A DNA stretch of 64,000 nucleotides, taken from NCBI RefSeq assembly GCF_006345805.1, contig NC_043008.1:59706001-59770000 (forward strand). Direction: 5' to 3'. Both the position numbers and the translations under genes were made by a program. Positions within the stretch are counted from its first letter, which is position 1, and every line of letters starts with the position of its first letter. This document shows, in pieces, positions 25,525-39,552 of this stretch. The notes beneath the pieces were generated by a model that saw nothing but the letters and a program-made list of their open reading frames with translations, had not been told where the DNA came from and did not search any database. Origin of the DNA: Octopus sinensis. Lineage: Eukaryota.

Positions 25525-26992
25525 TTATTTATAAATAGATGAGTGTATTTTTACCTTGTTAACAATTAACACGGAAAAAAATAAATAGTTACCAGGGCAG
25601 CAAAAATCTCACAAGTAAAGGTGTTGTAACTCCTTGTTTATAAAGGTAGAAACTTCGTGTTTACGTTGAATATTTTGAATAATATATTTATTCTTTTGAA
25701 TAGTATCAGTGGAATTTTCGAAACATGTGTCGAAAGTAAAAATATTTGATTACACCTGCGTTAAACTCCATTTATTTATTCATATTTATATATATATATA
25801 TATATATGTAATCAATTCAAAACGCGGAGGCTGCTCTGTTGGCTGCTATTTCTAGCAAATTGATCCATCACGCTGCGTTAAACTAGTGGTTTTGATTAAC
25901 ATTAAATTTAAGGGGAAATAATTCTTTAAAAATTATCTATCTATTTATCTATCTACCTATCTATCTATTTACACGCACTTAATATATATAAGTGATAAGA
26001 AGCTTGCTTTCCAATCAAGCGGTTTTGGGTTCAGTCCCACTGTATGGCACTTTGGGCAAGTGACTCCCACTATAGTTCCAGGTTGACCAAAACCTTGTGA
26101 GTGGATTTGGTAGACAGAAACTGAAAACCCTTATATATATATATATATATATGGTATTTTTTTCGATAACGGTAGAGGGATAATGAGTGTTTGTTCGGCA
26201 ATTTAAGTACAAAATTTTTTATTTCTTTAATTTTTTCCCAGCTGAGTCGCTTATGTGTATTAAGTGTGTGTGTGTGTGTATGCATGTTTATGTATTTTTT
26301 GTGTATTTATGTACTTTGTTACTCTGTAATTTTACCGTTTGTCCTACATTGCTTTATAACCGGTGTTCGATTGTTTACATCTCCGTGCGCTAGCGGTTCA
26401 GCAAAAAGATCCTCCTATCGAATTACGACAAAATTTAGAAAATCAGTACAGGTTGAGTAGGTGTTGAGGGGGTCAATTTGTTCGACGAAACCCTTCAACT
26501 GGGCTTCTACCTACAGACACAATCCACCAACTGAAGCAAGTAAAAGATAAAAAATAAATATAAGTATAGGCGCAGGAGTGGCTGTGTGGTAAGTAGCTTG
26601 TCCTCCAACCACATGGTTCCGGGTTCAGTCCCACTGCGTGAAAGAAGCCCGTCGTATACATGTATATATATGTATGCGTGTGTGTGTTTGTGTGTCTGTG
26701 TTTGTCCCCTAGCATTGCTTGACAACCGATGCTGGTATGTTTACGTCCCCCGTTACTTAGCGGTTCGGCAAAAGAGACCGATAGAATAAGTACTGGGGGG
26801 CTTACAAAAGAATAAGTCCCGGCGTCGATTTTGCTCGATTAAAAAAGGCGGTGCTCCAGCATGGCCGCAGTCAAATGACTGAAACAAATAAAAGAGTAAA
26901 AGAGTAAAAGAGAAAGAGAGTATTGTTAATTATCTCCCCTTATTGTATTCTTTTTCGTCTTGTCTGGAATTGAAGAGGAACGGCGATCAAAC

Positions 26993-27071
26993 ATGTCTAA
27001 AGAAGCTTCATCGGAGAATGTCCTTGGTCTCAAGTTTGACCAGTGTGTCTCTGATCTTATGATCAAAACAG
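26993..27071 (+). CDS. MICOS10: MICOS complex subunit MIC10, coding exon 1 (MSKEASSENVLGLKFDQCVSDLMIKT, phase 1)
   Basis: ATG at 26993 in context aaacATG; donor AG|GTGAGT at 27072. Translation resembles the MIC10 N-terminus (LGxKW/FDxC). Spliced product of the 4 exons (261 nt, 86 aa): MSKEASSENVLGLKFDQCVSDLMIKTATGLGLGIIFSVTLFKRRPWPVAFGIGAGLGMAYSNCQNEFKHPLQAPGRYVKVERKEST*. Confidence 0.93.
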
Positions 27072-30000
27072 GTGAGTAACGAGCAAGCTGTTTAAATATA
27101 CACTAATCTACATATCGTCCTAACGTTGTTTTAAATGAATCATTCGAACGGATCGACCTTTCGCTAGCAAACTCTTATAATTCAAGTACAAAAGTACATT
27201 TCACATCCAATGTCATAGATTTTTTTTTGTTTTGTTAACAACGATATATTATTATTTACACAACTGTCAGTCGTGACTGAACTGTCAAACTAGTGATCGA
27301 AGGCGTTCCAGCCGTAACGATCCTGTCCGTTTTTCTCTTTCAGATAAAGTGTATCTATGACTACCCAATTTAGCGATTCCTCTCTCTTTTTTTTTTTGGT
27401 TTTAAACGGTGGAGTTTATAACACGAGGGAGCTTTACTTGTTATTTTTTGAAGCTAAGACACCTCGTCGAAAATTTTAGAACACCTCATCACAAATTCGT
27501 GTCTCACCTGTGTTCAAGGGCCATGCTCACCCCTATATTGTTCACAGTTTTAATATCTGAAATGTTTTCATTTTTAAGTCCGGTATCGAGGTTTCGTTAT
27601 CGATGGTTTAAAGTGAATTTGAATGGTCTTCTTTCAAGGTGAATAAATAAGTATTTTAGTTAGCCCTTCCATGCCTATTTTGGAAGGCCTAACCATGCCT
27701 AACCCCTATTTTTCTTATGAAGTACACAATCTAAATGTTCTGAATAATTCTGAAAATATTTAAGAACATAAAGGTGTTTATTTAAATCATTAACTCTTTT
27801 ACCACTCGACTGTCCTAACATCTGTAATTCTTTCTATTAAACGCATGAGATTTTGTGGTTGCAAAACCGGAAAAAACTGTCGATAAAAACTTTGTCCGGC
27901 ACGGTAACGAGACAGTTAGAATAATAATAATATTGATTTCAAATTTTGGCACAAGGCCAGCAATTTCGGATAGAGGGTGAGTTTATTACATCAACCCCAA
28001 TATTCAACTGGTACTTATTTTATCGAAAGGATGAAAGGCGGAAATTGAACTCAGAATGTAAGCATTTTGCCTGGCGTGCTAACGCCTAAACAATAATAAT
28101 AATAATCCTTTCTACTATAGGCACAAAGCCTGAAATTGGGTGGGTGGAGATGTGGGCCAGTCGATTACATGTGTTTCACTGGTCATTAATTTATCGACCC
28201 CAAAAGGAAGAAAGGCAAAGTCGACCTCAGCGGAATTTGAAATCAGAACGTAGCGACAGACATAATACTGCTAAGCATTTCACCCGGCGTGCTAACGTTT
28301 CTGCCAGCTCGTCACTTTAATAATAATATTTATTGCTTCTGATTTAAGCAGAAAGCCAGCGATTTTGAGAGGAGGGGAATTAGCCAATACCATCAACACC
28401 ATAAAGTATTAGACTTGTACTTTATTGATCCTGGGGAGGATGAAAGGCAAAGTCGACCTCTGTGGGATTTGAACTCCGATTGTAAAGAACTGGGACAAAT
28501 ACTGCAAAGCGATTCTATTGACATTCTTTCAGGGTGTGAATATTAAAACTGTCAGTACCAATTCTACCTACTTGCTGTATTTGGTTTCTGATTTAGGTTC
28601 AAGGCTAGTAATTTTGAGGAAAGGAGAATTAGTTGATACCATCAACCCCACTACTTCTACCACCTTCTATTTTATCCAAGGAGGCGCAATGGCTCAGTAG
28701 TTAGGGCAGTGAACTCACGGTCGGAGGATCACAGTTTCGATTCCCAAACTGGACGTTGTGTGTGTTTATTGAGCGAAAACACCTAAAGCTCCACGAGGCT
28801 CCGGCAGGAGGTGGTGGCGACCCCTGTTGTACTCTTTCGCCTCAGCTTTCTCTCACTCTTTCTTCCTGTTTTTTGGGTAATGCTGTGATGGACTGGCGTC
28901 CCGTCCAGCTGGGGGGAACACGTACGCCATAGAAATCGGGAAACCAGGCCCATGAACCTGGCCAGGCTTGAAAAAGGACGAAAGATTTTATCCACAAGGC
29001 CATACATTGTATGTATTGGATTGATAGCCATTTATATCCCCTCTCCTTCACTCCCAATACTTGTTTCCCATTTACTGTATCAACCTCTGATGGATGAAAG
29101 GAAAAGTTGAGATGCAGTTCAGTCATTCTGTAAATCCACTACCATATAATAATGATAATGATCCAGTGAGAGATGCTTTATGCACTTGCTCAGTCTACTA
29201 GAAATAACAGTTCAAAATTCTTCGGTGTCTACCTTCTTATGAAAGGAAAGAATGCATTAGATTATGAGGTCCTTATACTCTATGCCTGCAATGAAATATA
29301 GGATAGTTATGGCCAGAATGTCTTTGAGCATAAGTTTGCTCAGTCAAGGCTACTACTATTACCACTACAAATTATAATGATTAGGATTTTAATTACTGTA
29401 TTTCCTGGTGTTTTGAAATTTAATGTATGCCCTGACAAGTAAAGATTACAGTTCTCATGAGCTAATTTTAATCCTAGTGGAAGGTTATCTCCTCATCTTT
29501 TAGATAAAAAAAAAAATAAATGTGCCCTTTTAAAGTCTAGCCAGGCTCTGGGCCTGGTTCCCTGGTTCCAATGGCGTATGTGTTCCCCAGCTGGATGGGC
29601 CACCAGTCCATTGCAGCGTTACTCATTTTTGCCAGCTGAGTGGACTGGAGCAACGTGAAATGAAGTGTTTTGCTCAAGAACACAATGCGTCGCCTGGTCC
29701 AGGAATCGAAACCACAATCTTACGATCATGATGCTGACACCCTAACCACTAAGCCACGCACCTCCACTCTCCTCATCTTACCACATCTACATTGTAATGT
29801 ATAATGCAAATGTGAAATTATTTACTGGCTTTTTGTTTATTATGATGAGGGTTCCAGTTGATCCAATCAACAGAACAGCTTACTCGTGAATTTAACGTGC
29901 ATGTGATTGAACACTCCACTAACATGTGTACCCCTTAATGTAGTTCTCAGGGAGATTCAATGTGACACTCAGTGTGACAAGGCTGGCCCTTTGAAATCCA

Positions 30001-30389
30001 GGTTCTACACATTTTTGCCAGCTGAGTGGACTGGAACAACATGAAATAAAGTGTCTTGCTCAAGGACACAAGGTGTTGTTGGGAATTGAACTGGTCTTCC
30101 ATAAAACAATCTTGCCCAAACTTGTGCCTGGGAGGGTAACTTTCTAGGTGCAATCCCATGGTCAGTCATGGTCAAAGATGGTCTCATATAATGGGAAAGT
30201 TTACGAAAATAAACAAAAGATGAAGGCAGGTGGAGTACAAACAAACAAATGTATTAGTATAGCGCTCAGGAATAGAAATAGAAAAAGTCTTTTACGTTTC
30301 GAGCCTACGCTCTTCGACAGAAAGATACACAGAAAAAAACAAGGAGAGAAAAAAATTGCGTGTAGGAGCTAACGATCTATTATGGCGCC

Positions 30390-30437
<48 letters not shown>

Positions 30438-32474
30438 GTTTCTATACAGTTTTTATCTATTGAATCCACTCACAAGGCTTTTGTTGGACTGAGGTGATAG
30501 TAGAAGACATTTTCCCCTGGTGCAATGTAGTTGGGAGTAAACTTCTTACCACCCAACCATGCTTGTGCCTATATGTCAATGAAGAATTTTGTAAAATAAC
30601 TTTTGTCGTTATTAGGTTGCCGTTTGGAACATAAATTAACATAGAACTTGGCTGGAAGATTTTAACTGAGATAACTGAAAAATAGGAAATTTGTATCCTA
30701 GAACCGTAGATGGTCCCAGGCAGTTTTGTGTCTAAAAATTTAAACAAATATAATTACATGGTAATAATTCATAGGTCTTAAGTTCAAACTCATTGCAGGT
30801 ATTTTTTTTTTTTGTATTTTTGGGGCAGGAAACATGATTCTAAACAAATTGCTTCCCCTACCTTTTGGTAATAATTACCAAATGAGCCTATGAGTACCTC
30901 TATGTAGGTGCTGAAACTGCTAGAAATATCAACCGAATAACCCTCAAATGACTTCTTGCTTTCTTAAAAGCAGGAAAGAGGTCTGCTTGATCACTGCTTC
31001 AAATGATGACCAGAGTTTCTGGTAATGAAGTCTGATAGACCAGGAATGTATCCAGGGCTGACTAATTTTTTATTGGTGCAGGTGGCTGTGTGGTTGAGAA
31101 TTTGGCTTCCTAACCACATGATTTCGGGTTCAATCTCATTAGGTGGCATCTTGGGTGAGGGTCTTCTACTATAGTCCCAGGCTGACCAAAGCGGATTTGG
31201 TTGGTGGAAATTGAAAGAAATGTGTGTGTGTGTGTGTGTGCGCATTATATATATCATCATCATCATCATTTAATGTCTGTTTTCCATGCTGTTATGGGTT
31301 GGATGGTTTAACCAGAGCCTGTAAGGCCAGGGGCTGCACCAAGCACCATTGTGTGTTTGGGCATGGTTTCTATGGTTGAATGTCCTTCCTAATGCCAACC
31401 ACTTCACAGAGTGTACAAGACACTCCTTATGTGACATCAGCACCAGTGTTTTAATGTGGCATGAGCACCAGTATCGATTCTGCTGTGGCAATATATATAT
31501 AACAAAAGTTTGGTGAAGCAAACAGGAAAATAGAACTCATATCACGAGTATATTTTCTTTTATTTAATAATTGGCAGAAGTTACAGAGTGACTTATGGGC
31601 TGAGAGTTTCATGCTTGCCACTTATCAGACTGCTTTCAAATCAAGGGTATTACATTTTTATACCGGTGATAATGATATATTGTGATACTGTGTGAAGGTT
31701 GCATGGCTCAGTGGTTAGAGCGTCGAGCTCACGATCATTGGGTAGTAAGTTCGATTCCTGGACTGGGTTGTGTGTTGCGTTCTTGAGCCAGACACTTTTA
31801 TTTTATTTTACTCCAGTTCACTCAGCTGTAGAAATGAGTTGTGACATCACTGGTGCAAAACTGCATCAGCCTTTGCCTTTCCCTTGGATAACATCAATGG
31901 CATGGAGAGGGGAGTCTGGTATGCATGGGTGACTACTGGTCTTCCATAAAACAACCTTGCCTGGACTTGTGTCTTGGAAGGGAACTTTCTAGGTGCAATC
32001 CTATGGTCATCCATGACCGAAAGGGATCTTCACCCTTTTACCCTTACCCGATAAGGATATTTCTCAGGGTCGTTCTAGAACAAATTATAAAAATAGTTAT
32101 CACCATCATACAAGCAGTGCCCTTCATTTCAGCTCTTTGATAAAAACATCCAGTCATGGGGGAAATATTACCTTGCTTGGAAACAGGTGAGGATTGATGA
32201 CAAGAAAGGCATCTGGCTATAGAGAATATATCTTAGTGAATTCTATATGATCCATTCAAGAACAGAGAAGTGGACATTAAAATGATGACAGATGATAATG
32301 ATGGCTTATTGCCATGAAATTGGAACTAAGCTGGAGTTCTTTTGGAAGTTTTTAGTGGGAAGTTTGGAGGTATTTGAATTTGTTTTACCATTTTATTACT
32401 CGAACTGAAATGATCTGATATTTTATGAAAATTAAAAGAATATACTTAATGTTTTTTGTTTCATTCTTTTACAG

Positions 32475-32522
32475 CAACTGGTCTAGGATTGGGAATTATT
32501 TTTTCTGTGACATTGTTTAAGC
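32475..32522 (+). CDS. MICOS10: MIC10 coding exon 2 (ATGLGLGIIFSVTLFK; TM1 GxGxG)
   Basis: Polypyrimidine tract with ttttacAG acceptor, 48-nt exon, C|GTAAGT donor. In frame with exon 1; glycine-zipper TM1. Confidence 0.95.
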
Positions 32523-34489
32523 GTAAGTATATTTCCCATTATTGATTTCAAATTTTGGCACAAGGCCAGCAATTTTTGGGGGTGGGGATAAGTCATTAGA
32601 ACAATCCCAGTGTTCTAGAACAAATTATACTGGCTTCTGTGCTGGTGGCACGTAAAAAGCACCTTCCGAATGTGGCCGATGCCAGCGCCACCTTGAGTGA
32701 CTTCCGTGCCGGTGGCACGTAAAACGTACCAACTGATCGTGGCCGCTGCCAGACTTCCCTGGCACCTGTGCCGGTGGCACGTAAAAAGCACCCACTACAC
32801 TCACGGAGTGGTTGGCGTTAGGAAGGGCATCCAGCTGTAGAAACATTGCCAGATAAGACCGGAGCCTGGTGCAGCCTTCTGGCTTCCCAGACCCCGGTCG
32901 AACCGTCCAACCTGTGCTAGCACGAAAAACGGACGTTAAACGCCACCACTAACGCCACACGCCGACGCCGACGCCAACGATTTTATTGACCCTGGGCACT
33001 AGTCAATTACATTGACTTCAGTACTTCACTGGTACTTATTTTATCAACCCTGAAAGGATGAAAGGCAAAGTCACCCTTGGCAGAATTTAAATTCAGAATG
33101 TAAAGATGGATGAAATACTGCTGAGAATTTTTCCCAGCATGCTATTTCCCATTATTACCACTTCCTTATTTCTTATTGCTCACAAGGGGCTAAACATAGA
33201 GGAGACAAACAAGAACAGACAAAGGGCTTAAATCAATTACATCGACCCCAGTGCATAACTGGTACTTAATTTATCGACCCCGAAAGGATGAACTCGGAAT
33301 GTAACGACAGACGAAATACCACTAAGCATTTCGCCCGGCGTGCTAACGTTTCTGCCAGCTCGCCGCCCTCCAATTATTACCATTTCCTTGAGGTCAGTTA
33401 GCTGGCAGAATTGTTAGCATGCTGGACAAAATTCTGAGTAGCATTTTGTCTGTCTTTACCATTTTGAGTTCATGTTCTGCATTTTGTTTTTGCAGGGTCA
33501 TTAAAATAAGTCTTTTCTGCTCTAAGCACAAGGCCCAAAATTTTGGGGGAGGGGGGTAGTCGATTAGCTCTCATCCAGTAGGCGACTGGTACTTAATTTA
33601 TTGACCCTGAAAGGATGAAAGGCAAAGTCAACCTTGGCAGAATTTGAACTCAGAACGTAAAGACAGATGAAATACTGCTAAGCATCTTGCCTGACGTGCT
33701 AACATTTCTGCCAGCTCGCCGCCTTATTAAAATAAGTGCCAGTTGAGCACTGGGGTTGATGTAACTGACTGGCAACCTCCACTAAGATAAAATATTTATG
33801 GAACATGCTGGTGCCACATTAAAAGCACCCAGCACACACTGTAAAGTGGTTGGCATTAGGAAGGGCATCCAGCCACAGAAACCAATCCAAATCAGACTGG
33901 AATCTAGTGCAGCTCTGGTCAAACCATCCAACCCATGCCAGCATGGAAGACGTTTGTTAAAGAATGATGATGACCAGTAGGCTGCTGAGAAGTCTATACT
34001 ACAGGAAGGAACTCAACACATGTATTATGCAAAATGTATATGTTTACTGGTAGCAAGAGGTGCCATGGAAGGCTCATCTAATTCAGGGTCCTGTTCATAG
34101 GTTGACTGGATTTAGATCGTCAAGGGTTGAATTGTGAGTGCATGTGTACATACAAGTTCTTACTACACTGGATATGCTGGGTGCCACACCTTATAGTTTG
34201 TGTGTGTCTGTTTATGTTAGTATGTAAATCTGTGTGTGGTAGTTTTGGTAAATGGCTTTTAAGTTCCAGTGCTGGTATATGTGTGTGTGTGTGTGTCTGT
34301 GCAGGAAATAATGCAAAGGAACCATAAAATAATAAATAAAACGGTGCAAGCATAGCTGTATGGTTAAGAAGTTCTCTCTGCAACTATGTGGTTTCAAGTT
34401 CAGTCTCATTGTGTGGCATCTTGCGTAAGTGTCTTCTACTATAGTCACAGGTTGACCAATGTCTCATGAGAGAAGACAGAAACTTTGAT

Positions 34490-34845
34490 GCAGCCTGTGT
34501 TATATATGTGTCGCAGCCTGTGTTACGTATTTGTCGCAGCCTTGTTATGTGTGTATTACAGCCTGTGTCACAGCTTGTGTTATATATGTGTCACAGTCAG
34601 TGTTACATGTGTTGCAGTCTGTGTTATGTATTGCTGCCTGTGTTATGTATCACAGCCTGTGTTATATATGTGTCACAGTCAGTATTATATGTGTTGCAGG
34701 CTGTGTTATGTATTTGTCGCAGTCTTCTTATGTATGTATCACAGCCTGTGTCACAGTCAGTATTATATATGTGTCACAGCTTGTGTTATATATGTGTTGC
34801 AGCCTGTGTTATGTATGTGTCACAACCTGTGTTATATATATGTCA
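34490..34845. repeat. Minisatellite of ~22-bp units (CAGCCTGTGTTATATATGTGT/CA) in MIC10 intron 2
   Basis: Directly visible tandem degenerate repeats; explains the Cys/Val/Tyr-rich ORFs here. Confidence 0.85.
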
Positions 34846-35079
34846 CGTTCAAAAAGTATCCAGCTTTATTTTTCCCCCACCAAAACTAATGCCATGTGGG
34901 CAAAATCCTTAAGGTGGGATATGACGCCACCCTTCCTGCACATGTGTGAAAAATTTTGTAGTGGGAAGCCTTATCAGTTCCTGGCTGTTGTGCCGAGAGT
35001 AGAGACCTTTAGTGCACACTAGCAGTGTTGGAGATGACAGACACTAACACACACATATATATATATGTATTTGGGCCTC

Positions 35080-35450
35080 ACAGAGGCACGGGACGAGGTG
35101 GTGAAACATGATCTTCAAATGTTGGGCTTCACTGAAGCAATGACAAGTGACCGAGACCTTTGGTGATATACTATATTTAAGAAGACTTGTCAAGCTGAGT
35201 GAAACCATAGTCATATCCGTTGCTAGTGTCATGTAACTGGATCCCATAAAATTGTAGTCTTGGCCTTTGCCGGTGTCATGTAAATGGCTCCTGTGCTGGT
35301 AGCATGTACAAAGCACCCATTATACTCTTGAAGTGGTTGGTGTTAGGAAGGGCTTGCCAAATCGGACCGGAACCTGGTGCAGCTCTCTGGCTTACTGTCA
35401 AACTGTCTAACCCTTGCCAGCATGGAAAGCGGATGTTAAATGATGATGAT
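35080..35450 (+). mobile_element. RTE LINE 3' end with its common 3' UTR and (GAT)n tail
   Basis: DEVVKHDLQMLGFTEAMTSDRDLW, then GGCGTTAGGAAGGGCATCC-type UTR ending GTTAAA.GATGATG. UTR-only copies near 22020-22220, 31270-31470, 32630-32945, 33810-33975, 35785-35935, 37715-38020, 41895-42035. Confidence 0.7.
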
Positions 35451-36018
35451 AATTATATATATATATATATATAATGGGCTTCTTTTGCGTTTGTCTACCA
35501 AATCCACTCACAAGGCTTTGGTTGGCCAAGGCTGTAGTGGAAGACACTTGCCTGATGTTCTGCACAGTGGGACTTAACCTGGGAAGCAAGTGTCTTACCA
35601 TATAGCCTCACTTGTGCCTCACAACCGAGTATGTCAACTTGTATGTTGGAAAGTATGGTGTCCAATATCACGAGTCCTCAATGTTGCCTCTGTCTCATCT
35701 ATAAGAGTGTTAACCACCCTCCCCAACAACAATACTACATTATTTACATTATTTACATTTGACAGATATTTGTCCTCATTTGTCCTGGCGTTAGGAAGGG
35801 CATCCAGCTGTAGAAACTCTGCCAGATCAGACTGGAGCCTGGTGCAGCCCCTGGCTTCCCAGACCCCAGTCGAACCGTCCAACCTGTGCTAGCGCGGAAA
35901 ACGGACGTTAAACGATGATGATGATGATGATGATGATTTTGTTTGTTCATCTTGCAGTATTTTCAACAAAAACCATTATTTATTTGAACTCTATTTTTTT
36001 CTTTTATATCTTTGATAG

Positions 36019-36128
36019 GTCGCCCATGGCCTGTGGCTTTTGGAATTGGTGCTGGTCTTGGAATGGCTTATTCTAACTGCCAAAACGAATTCAAACATCC
36101 TCTACAGGCTCCCGGCCGTTATGTGAAG
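36019..36128 (+). CDS. MICOS10: MIC10 coding exon 3 (RRPWPVAFGIGAGLGMAYSNCQNEFKHPLQAPGRYVK)
   Basis: tttgatAG acceptor, 110 nt, AAG|GTAAAT donor. Contains the MIC10 signature KRRxWP...GxGxGxGMAYSNC. Confidence 0.96.
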
Positions 36129-36473
36129 GTAAATTTCATATTCATTTAAAGGAGAGGCTATGATAATTTCTTTAAGGCGGTGCCCCAGTATGGCCACAGT
36201 CAAATGACTGAAACGTGTAAAATGTAAAAATAATAATCTTTTATCTTTTGCTTGTTTCAGTCATTAAACTGCGGCCATGCTAGGGCACCACATTGAAGAA
36301 CTTCCTTTAGTCAGATGAATCGATTCTAGTACTTTTTTTTCCCTTAAATCCTAGTATTTATTCTATTGGTCTCTTTTCCAAACTGCTATGGGGACATAAA
36401 CACACCAACACTGGTTGTCAGGTGGTGGTGGGGGACAAACACATACACGCTTACACACATATGTGGTTTGTTG

Positions 36474-36545
36474 GCCATGATGGTCTAGTGGTTAGAACCC
36501 AATGTTGTGGCTGTGGTAACCCAGGTTTGGATCCTGGTCATGACA
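36474..36545 (+). pseudogene. tRNA-His(GTG)-derived pseudogene in MIC10 intron 3
   Basis: 72 nt GCCATGATGGTCTAGTGGTTAG...TTGTGG...GGTTTGGATCCTGGTCATGACA aligns to eukaryotic tRNA-His. The T-loop (TTCGA changed to TTTGGA) and stems carry CpG-type decay. Confidence 0.75.
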
Positions 36546-36710
36546 GGTCACTTAGACTTACTTATTTTGTGGTAGGAAAGGCATCCAGCTGTAGAAACGA
36601 TGCCAAATCAAACTGGAACTTGGTACAGTCTCCAGCTTACCAGTTTCAATCAAACTGTGTAACCCATGTCAGCATGGAAAGCAGACGCTAAATGAGAATG
36701 ATGATTTGTA

Positions 36711-36770
<60 letters not shown>

Positions 36771-37500
36771 GAGGGCTTCTTTCAATTTCTGCCTGACAAA
36801 TCCCCTCACAAGACTTTGGTTGGGCCAAGGCTATAGTAGAACATGCCCAAATGCCATGCCTGTGTCTATATATATATGTGTGTGTATATATGACGGGCTT
36901 CTTTCAGTTTCCATATACTAAATCCACTCACAAGGCTTTGGCTGGCCCAAAGCTGAAGTAGAAAACATTTGCCCAAGGTTGTAGAACTGAACCTGGAACC
37001 ATGTGGTTGGAAAGGAAACTTCTTACCACAAAGCCATGCCTGTGCCTAAATATTAATATTTTTTTGCTATTATCATTGTTTATTTATCATCATTAAGATT
37101 ATGGGTTAAATCACCATACCTTGGCCCGTTAATATTTGGGCTTGTGAGGGCCATGAGCTGGCAGAATTGTTAGCATGCTGGGCAGAATGCTGAACATCAT
37201 TTCATCTGTCTTTATGTTCTGAGTTCAAATTCTGCTGAGGTTGGGCTTAATCTTTCATCCTTTCAGGGTTGATAAATAAGTACCAGTTGAATATAGGGAT
37301 TGATGTAATCGATTTCTCCTCTCCCCTGAAATTGCTGGCCTTGTGCCAAAATTTAAGACCAATATTTGGACTTGTGTCAGGTATAGCTGTATAGTTAAGA
37401 AGTTTGCCTCCCAGCATTGTGGTTCATGGTTCAGTCCCATTGCATGACACCTTCGGTAAGTTTTTTTCTACAGTAGCTCTGAGTGAATTAGGGTCTATAG

Positions 37501-38144
37501 CAACGTTTCTCCATCGGGGTTCCTCAGAACCCTATGGATCTGCAAAAGGTTCCTAGAGGTTCTGCGAGAAAGGGTGAGATAAGCTAATGCTAATTTCATG
37601 ATTGTAATATTGCTGTACATGCACAATATATTATTGGTTATTGTAATATAGACATCATCCTATCTAATCTATTATGTTACCAAAAAATACAACAACCACA
37701 TATTTATATATATACATCATCGTTTAACATCCGCTTTCCATGCTAACATGGGTTGGGCGATTTGACTGAGGTCTGGTGAACCAGATGGCTGCACCAGACT
37801 CCAATCTGATCTGGCAGAGTTTCTATATCTGGATGCCATTCCTAACGTAGTTAGTGAGAGTGTAGTGGGTGGTTTTATGTGCCACTGGCACGAGTGCCAG
37901 TCAGGCAGTACTGGCAACGGCCATGCTCAAATGGTGCTTTTTATGTGCCACCAGCACAGGAGCCAGTCCAGCGGCACTGGCAACGACCTCGCTCTAATGT
38001 TTTTTCATGTGCCACCAGCACACATGAACTATGATGAAAAAAATATGAGGAAGATATGGTATATAATTTTTTTTTCTGCAGGGTCCTTGAAACATGTAAT
38101 TTATTTTAAGGGTTACACAAGGGTAAAAAGGTTGAGAAACACTG
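37501..38144. mobile_element. Non-autonomous hAT (Charlie-like) element with a nested RTE-UTR insertion
   Basis: CAACGTTTCTCC...TTGAGAAACACTG termini; near-TSD GTCTATAG/TTCTATAG. Confidence 0.7.
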
Positions 38145-39300
38145 TTCTATAGGCGCAGGCATTGCTCTATGGTTTAGTTGCTTGCTTCCCAATTATGTGA
38201 TTCTTGGTTCAGTATTAACACATGGTGTCTTGGCCAGGTGTATATATATTCATTTCCATTTCCATGAAAACGATGCCTGGCCATGGGCAAATGTTACCTT
38301 GCTTGGAAACAGGTGAGGATTGGCAATAGTATCTGGCTGTAGAAAAACCTGCCTCAACAAATTCCATCTGACTCACGCAGGCATGTAATAGGTGCACTTT
38401 AAATGATGATGATGATGACCTGATTTAGATCTAGTGGGGTCCCTGAACCAATAGCTTTGAGGGGCTCCTATGGTTTTGAGTATGTTATTTCCCCCTGTTT
38501 AGATATAAACAATAGGAATGAAATGCATTGTAAAAATACATATAATGTTGTAAATAATTTCATATCAGTTTTGTATTTTTCTAAAATTCTTTTTGTATAT
38601 TTCGTTTTTGGAGTTGGTTTGCAAGATTCTTTATATGAGTTCGTGTGTTGAAGCATATTCTGTTGTGTCTGGGGAGAGTCATTTTCTTTTTGTGCCTTAT
38701 GATTTAACACACTCACCGGTAAAATTTCCACTTATTTCTTATTTTTATTTTCCTAAAATTTTTGTTGCGTCTTGCAACCTTTTCAATAGTCTTGACACTT
38801 TTGTATATGCCATAACGTTAATGGTTGCCAGCATTTTGATAGTTTCTGACATGTTGCTGTTGCTTTGTTTATCTACTGTAGTAGAAGACACTTGCCAAGG
38901 TGCCATGCAGTTGAACTGAACCTGGAACCATGTTGTTCTTATCACACATCTATGCTTGCACCTATATACTGGCATTCTGTTGGTTATGACGACAGGGGTT
39001 CGAGTTGATCCACTCAACAGAACAGCCTGCTCATGAAATTAAGATACAGGTGGCTGAGCACTCCCCAGACATTCATACCCTTAATGTAGTTCTCAGGGGG
39101 AATCAGCATGACACAGAATGTGACAAGGCTGGCCCTTTGAAATACAGGTACTAGTCATTTTTCCCAGCTGAGTGGACTGGAGCAACATGAAATAAAGTGT
39201 CTTGCTCAAGGACACAATGCAATACTGGGAATTGAACTCATGATCTTACAATCGCGAGCCGATTATCCTAACCACTAAGCCACGTGCCTTCATGCACCTA

Positions 39301-39481
39301 CTGTATTTTAACGTGTATAAGAAACCCTCGTGTATAAAGGATATCCCTAATCTTTGGAGCTTAAAATTTGGAAAAAATGTTTTGTAAGGGATTATAATAT
39401 TATCCGTGTATAAGAAACTCCCATATTTTTTTAACCTAATTTTTGTCAAAAAAGGATTCCTTATACACGTTAAAATATATG
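39301..39481. mobile_element. Tc/mariner (Tc2/pogo-like) MITE just upstream of the MIC10 exon 4 acceptor
   Basis: TA|CTGTATTTTAACGTGTATAAG ... CTTATACACGTTAAAATATATG|TA. Confidence 0.7.
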
Positions 39482-39528
39482 TACGTGATGATGATTATAT
39501 TTATCTTTTTTCTTTCTGTTTCTTACAG

Positions 39529-39552
39529 GTTGAGAGAAAAGAATCGACGTAG
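39529..39552 (+). CDS. MICOS10: MIC10 terminal coding exon 4 (VERKEST*)
   Basis: Strong polypyrimidine tract with tcttacAG acceptor, phase 0, TAG at 39550-39552, followed by a non-repetitive 3' UTR-like stretch. Confidence 0.85.
   Translation, partial: VERKEST

Noticed and set aside
25003-25542. Recurrent RRASFSFRLPNPLTRLWS...MPRSGTEPGTMW ORFs as a gene family
   Set aside because: They are antisense translations of SINE family A copies.
34466-35022. Cys-rich ORFs resembling metallothionein or keratin-associated proteins
   Set aside because: Open in all three frames because of a ~22-bp minisatellite inside a MIC10 intron.
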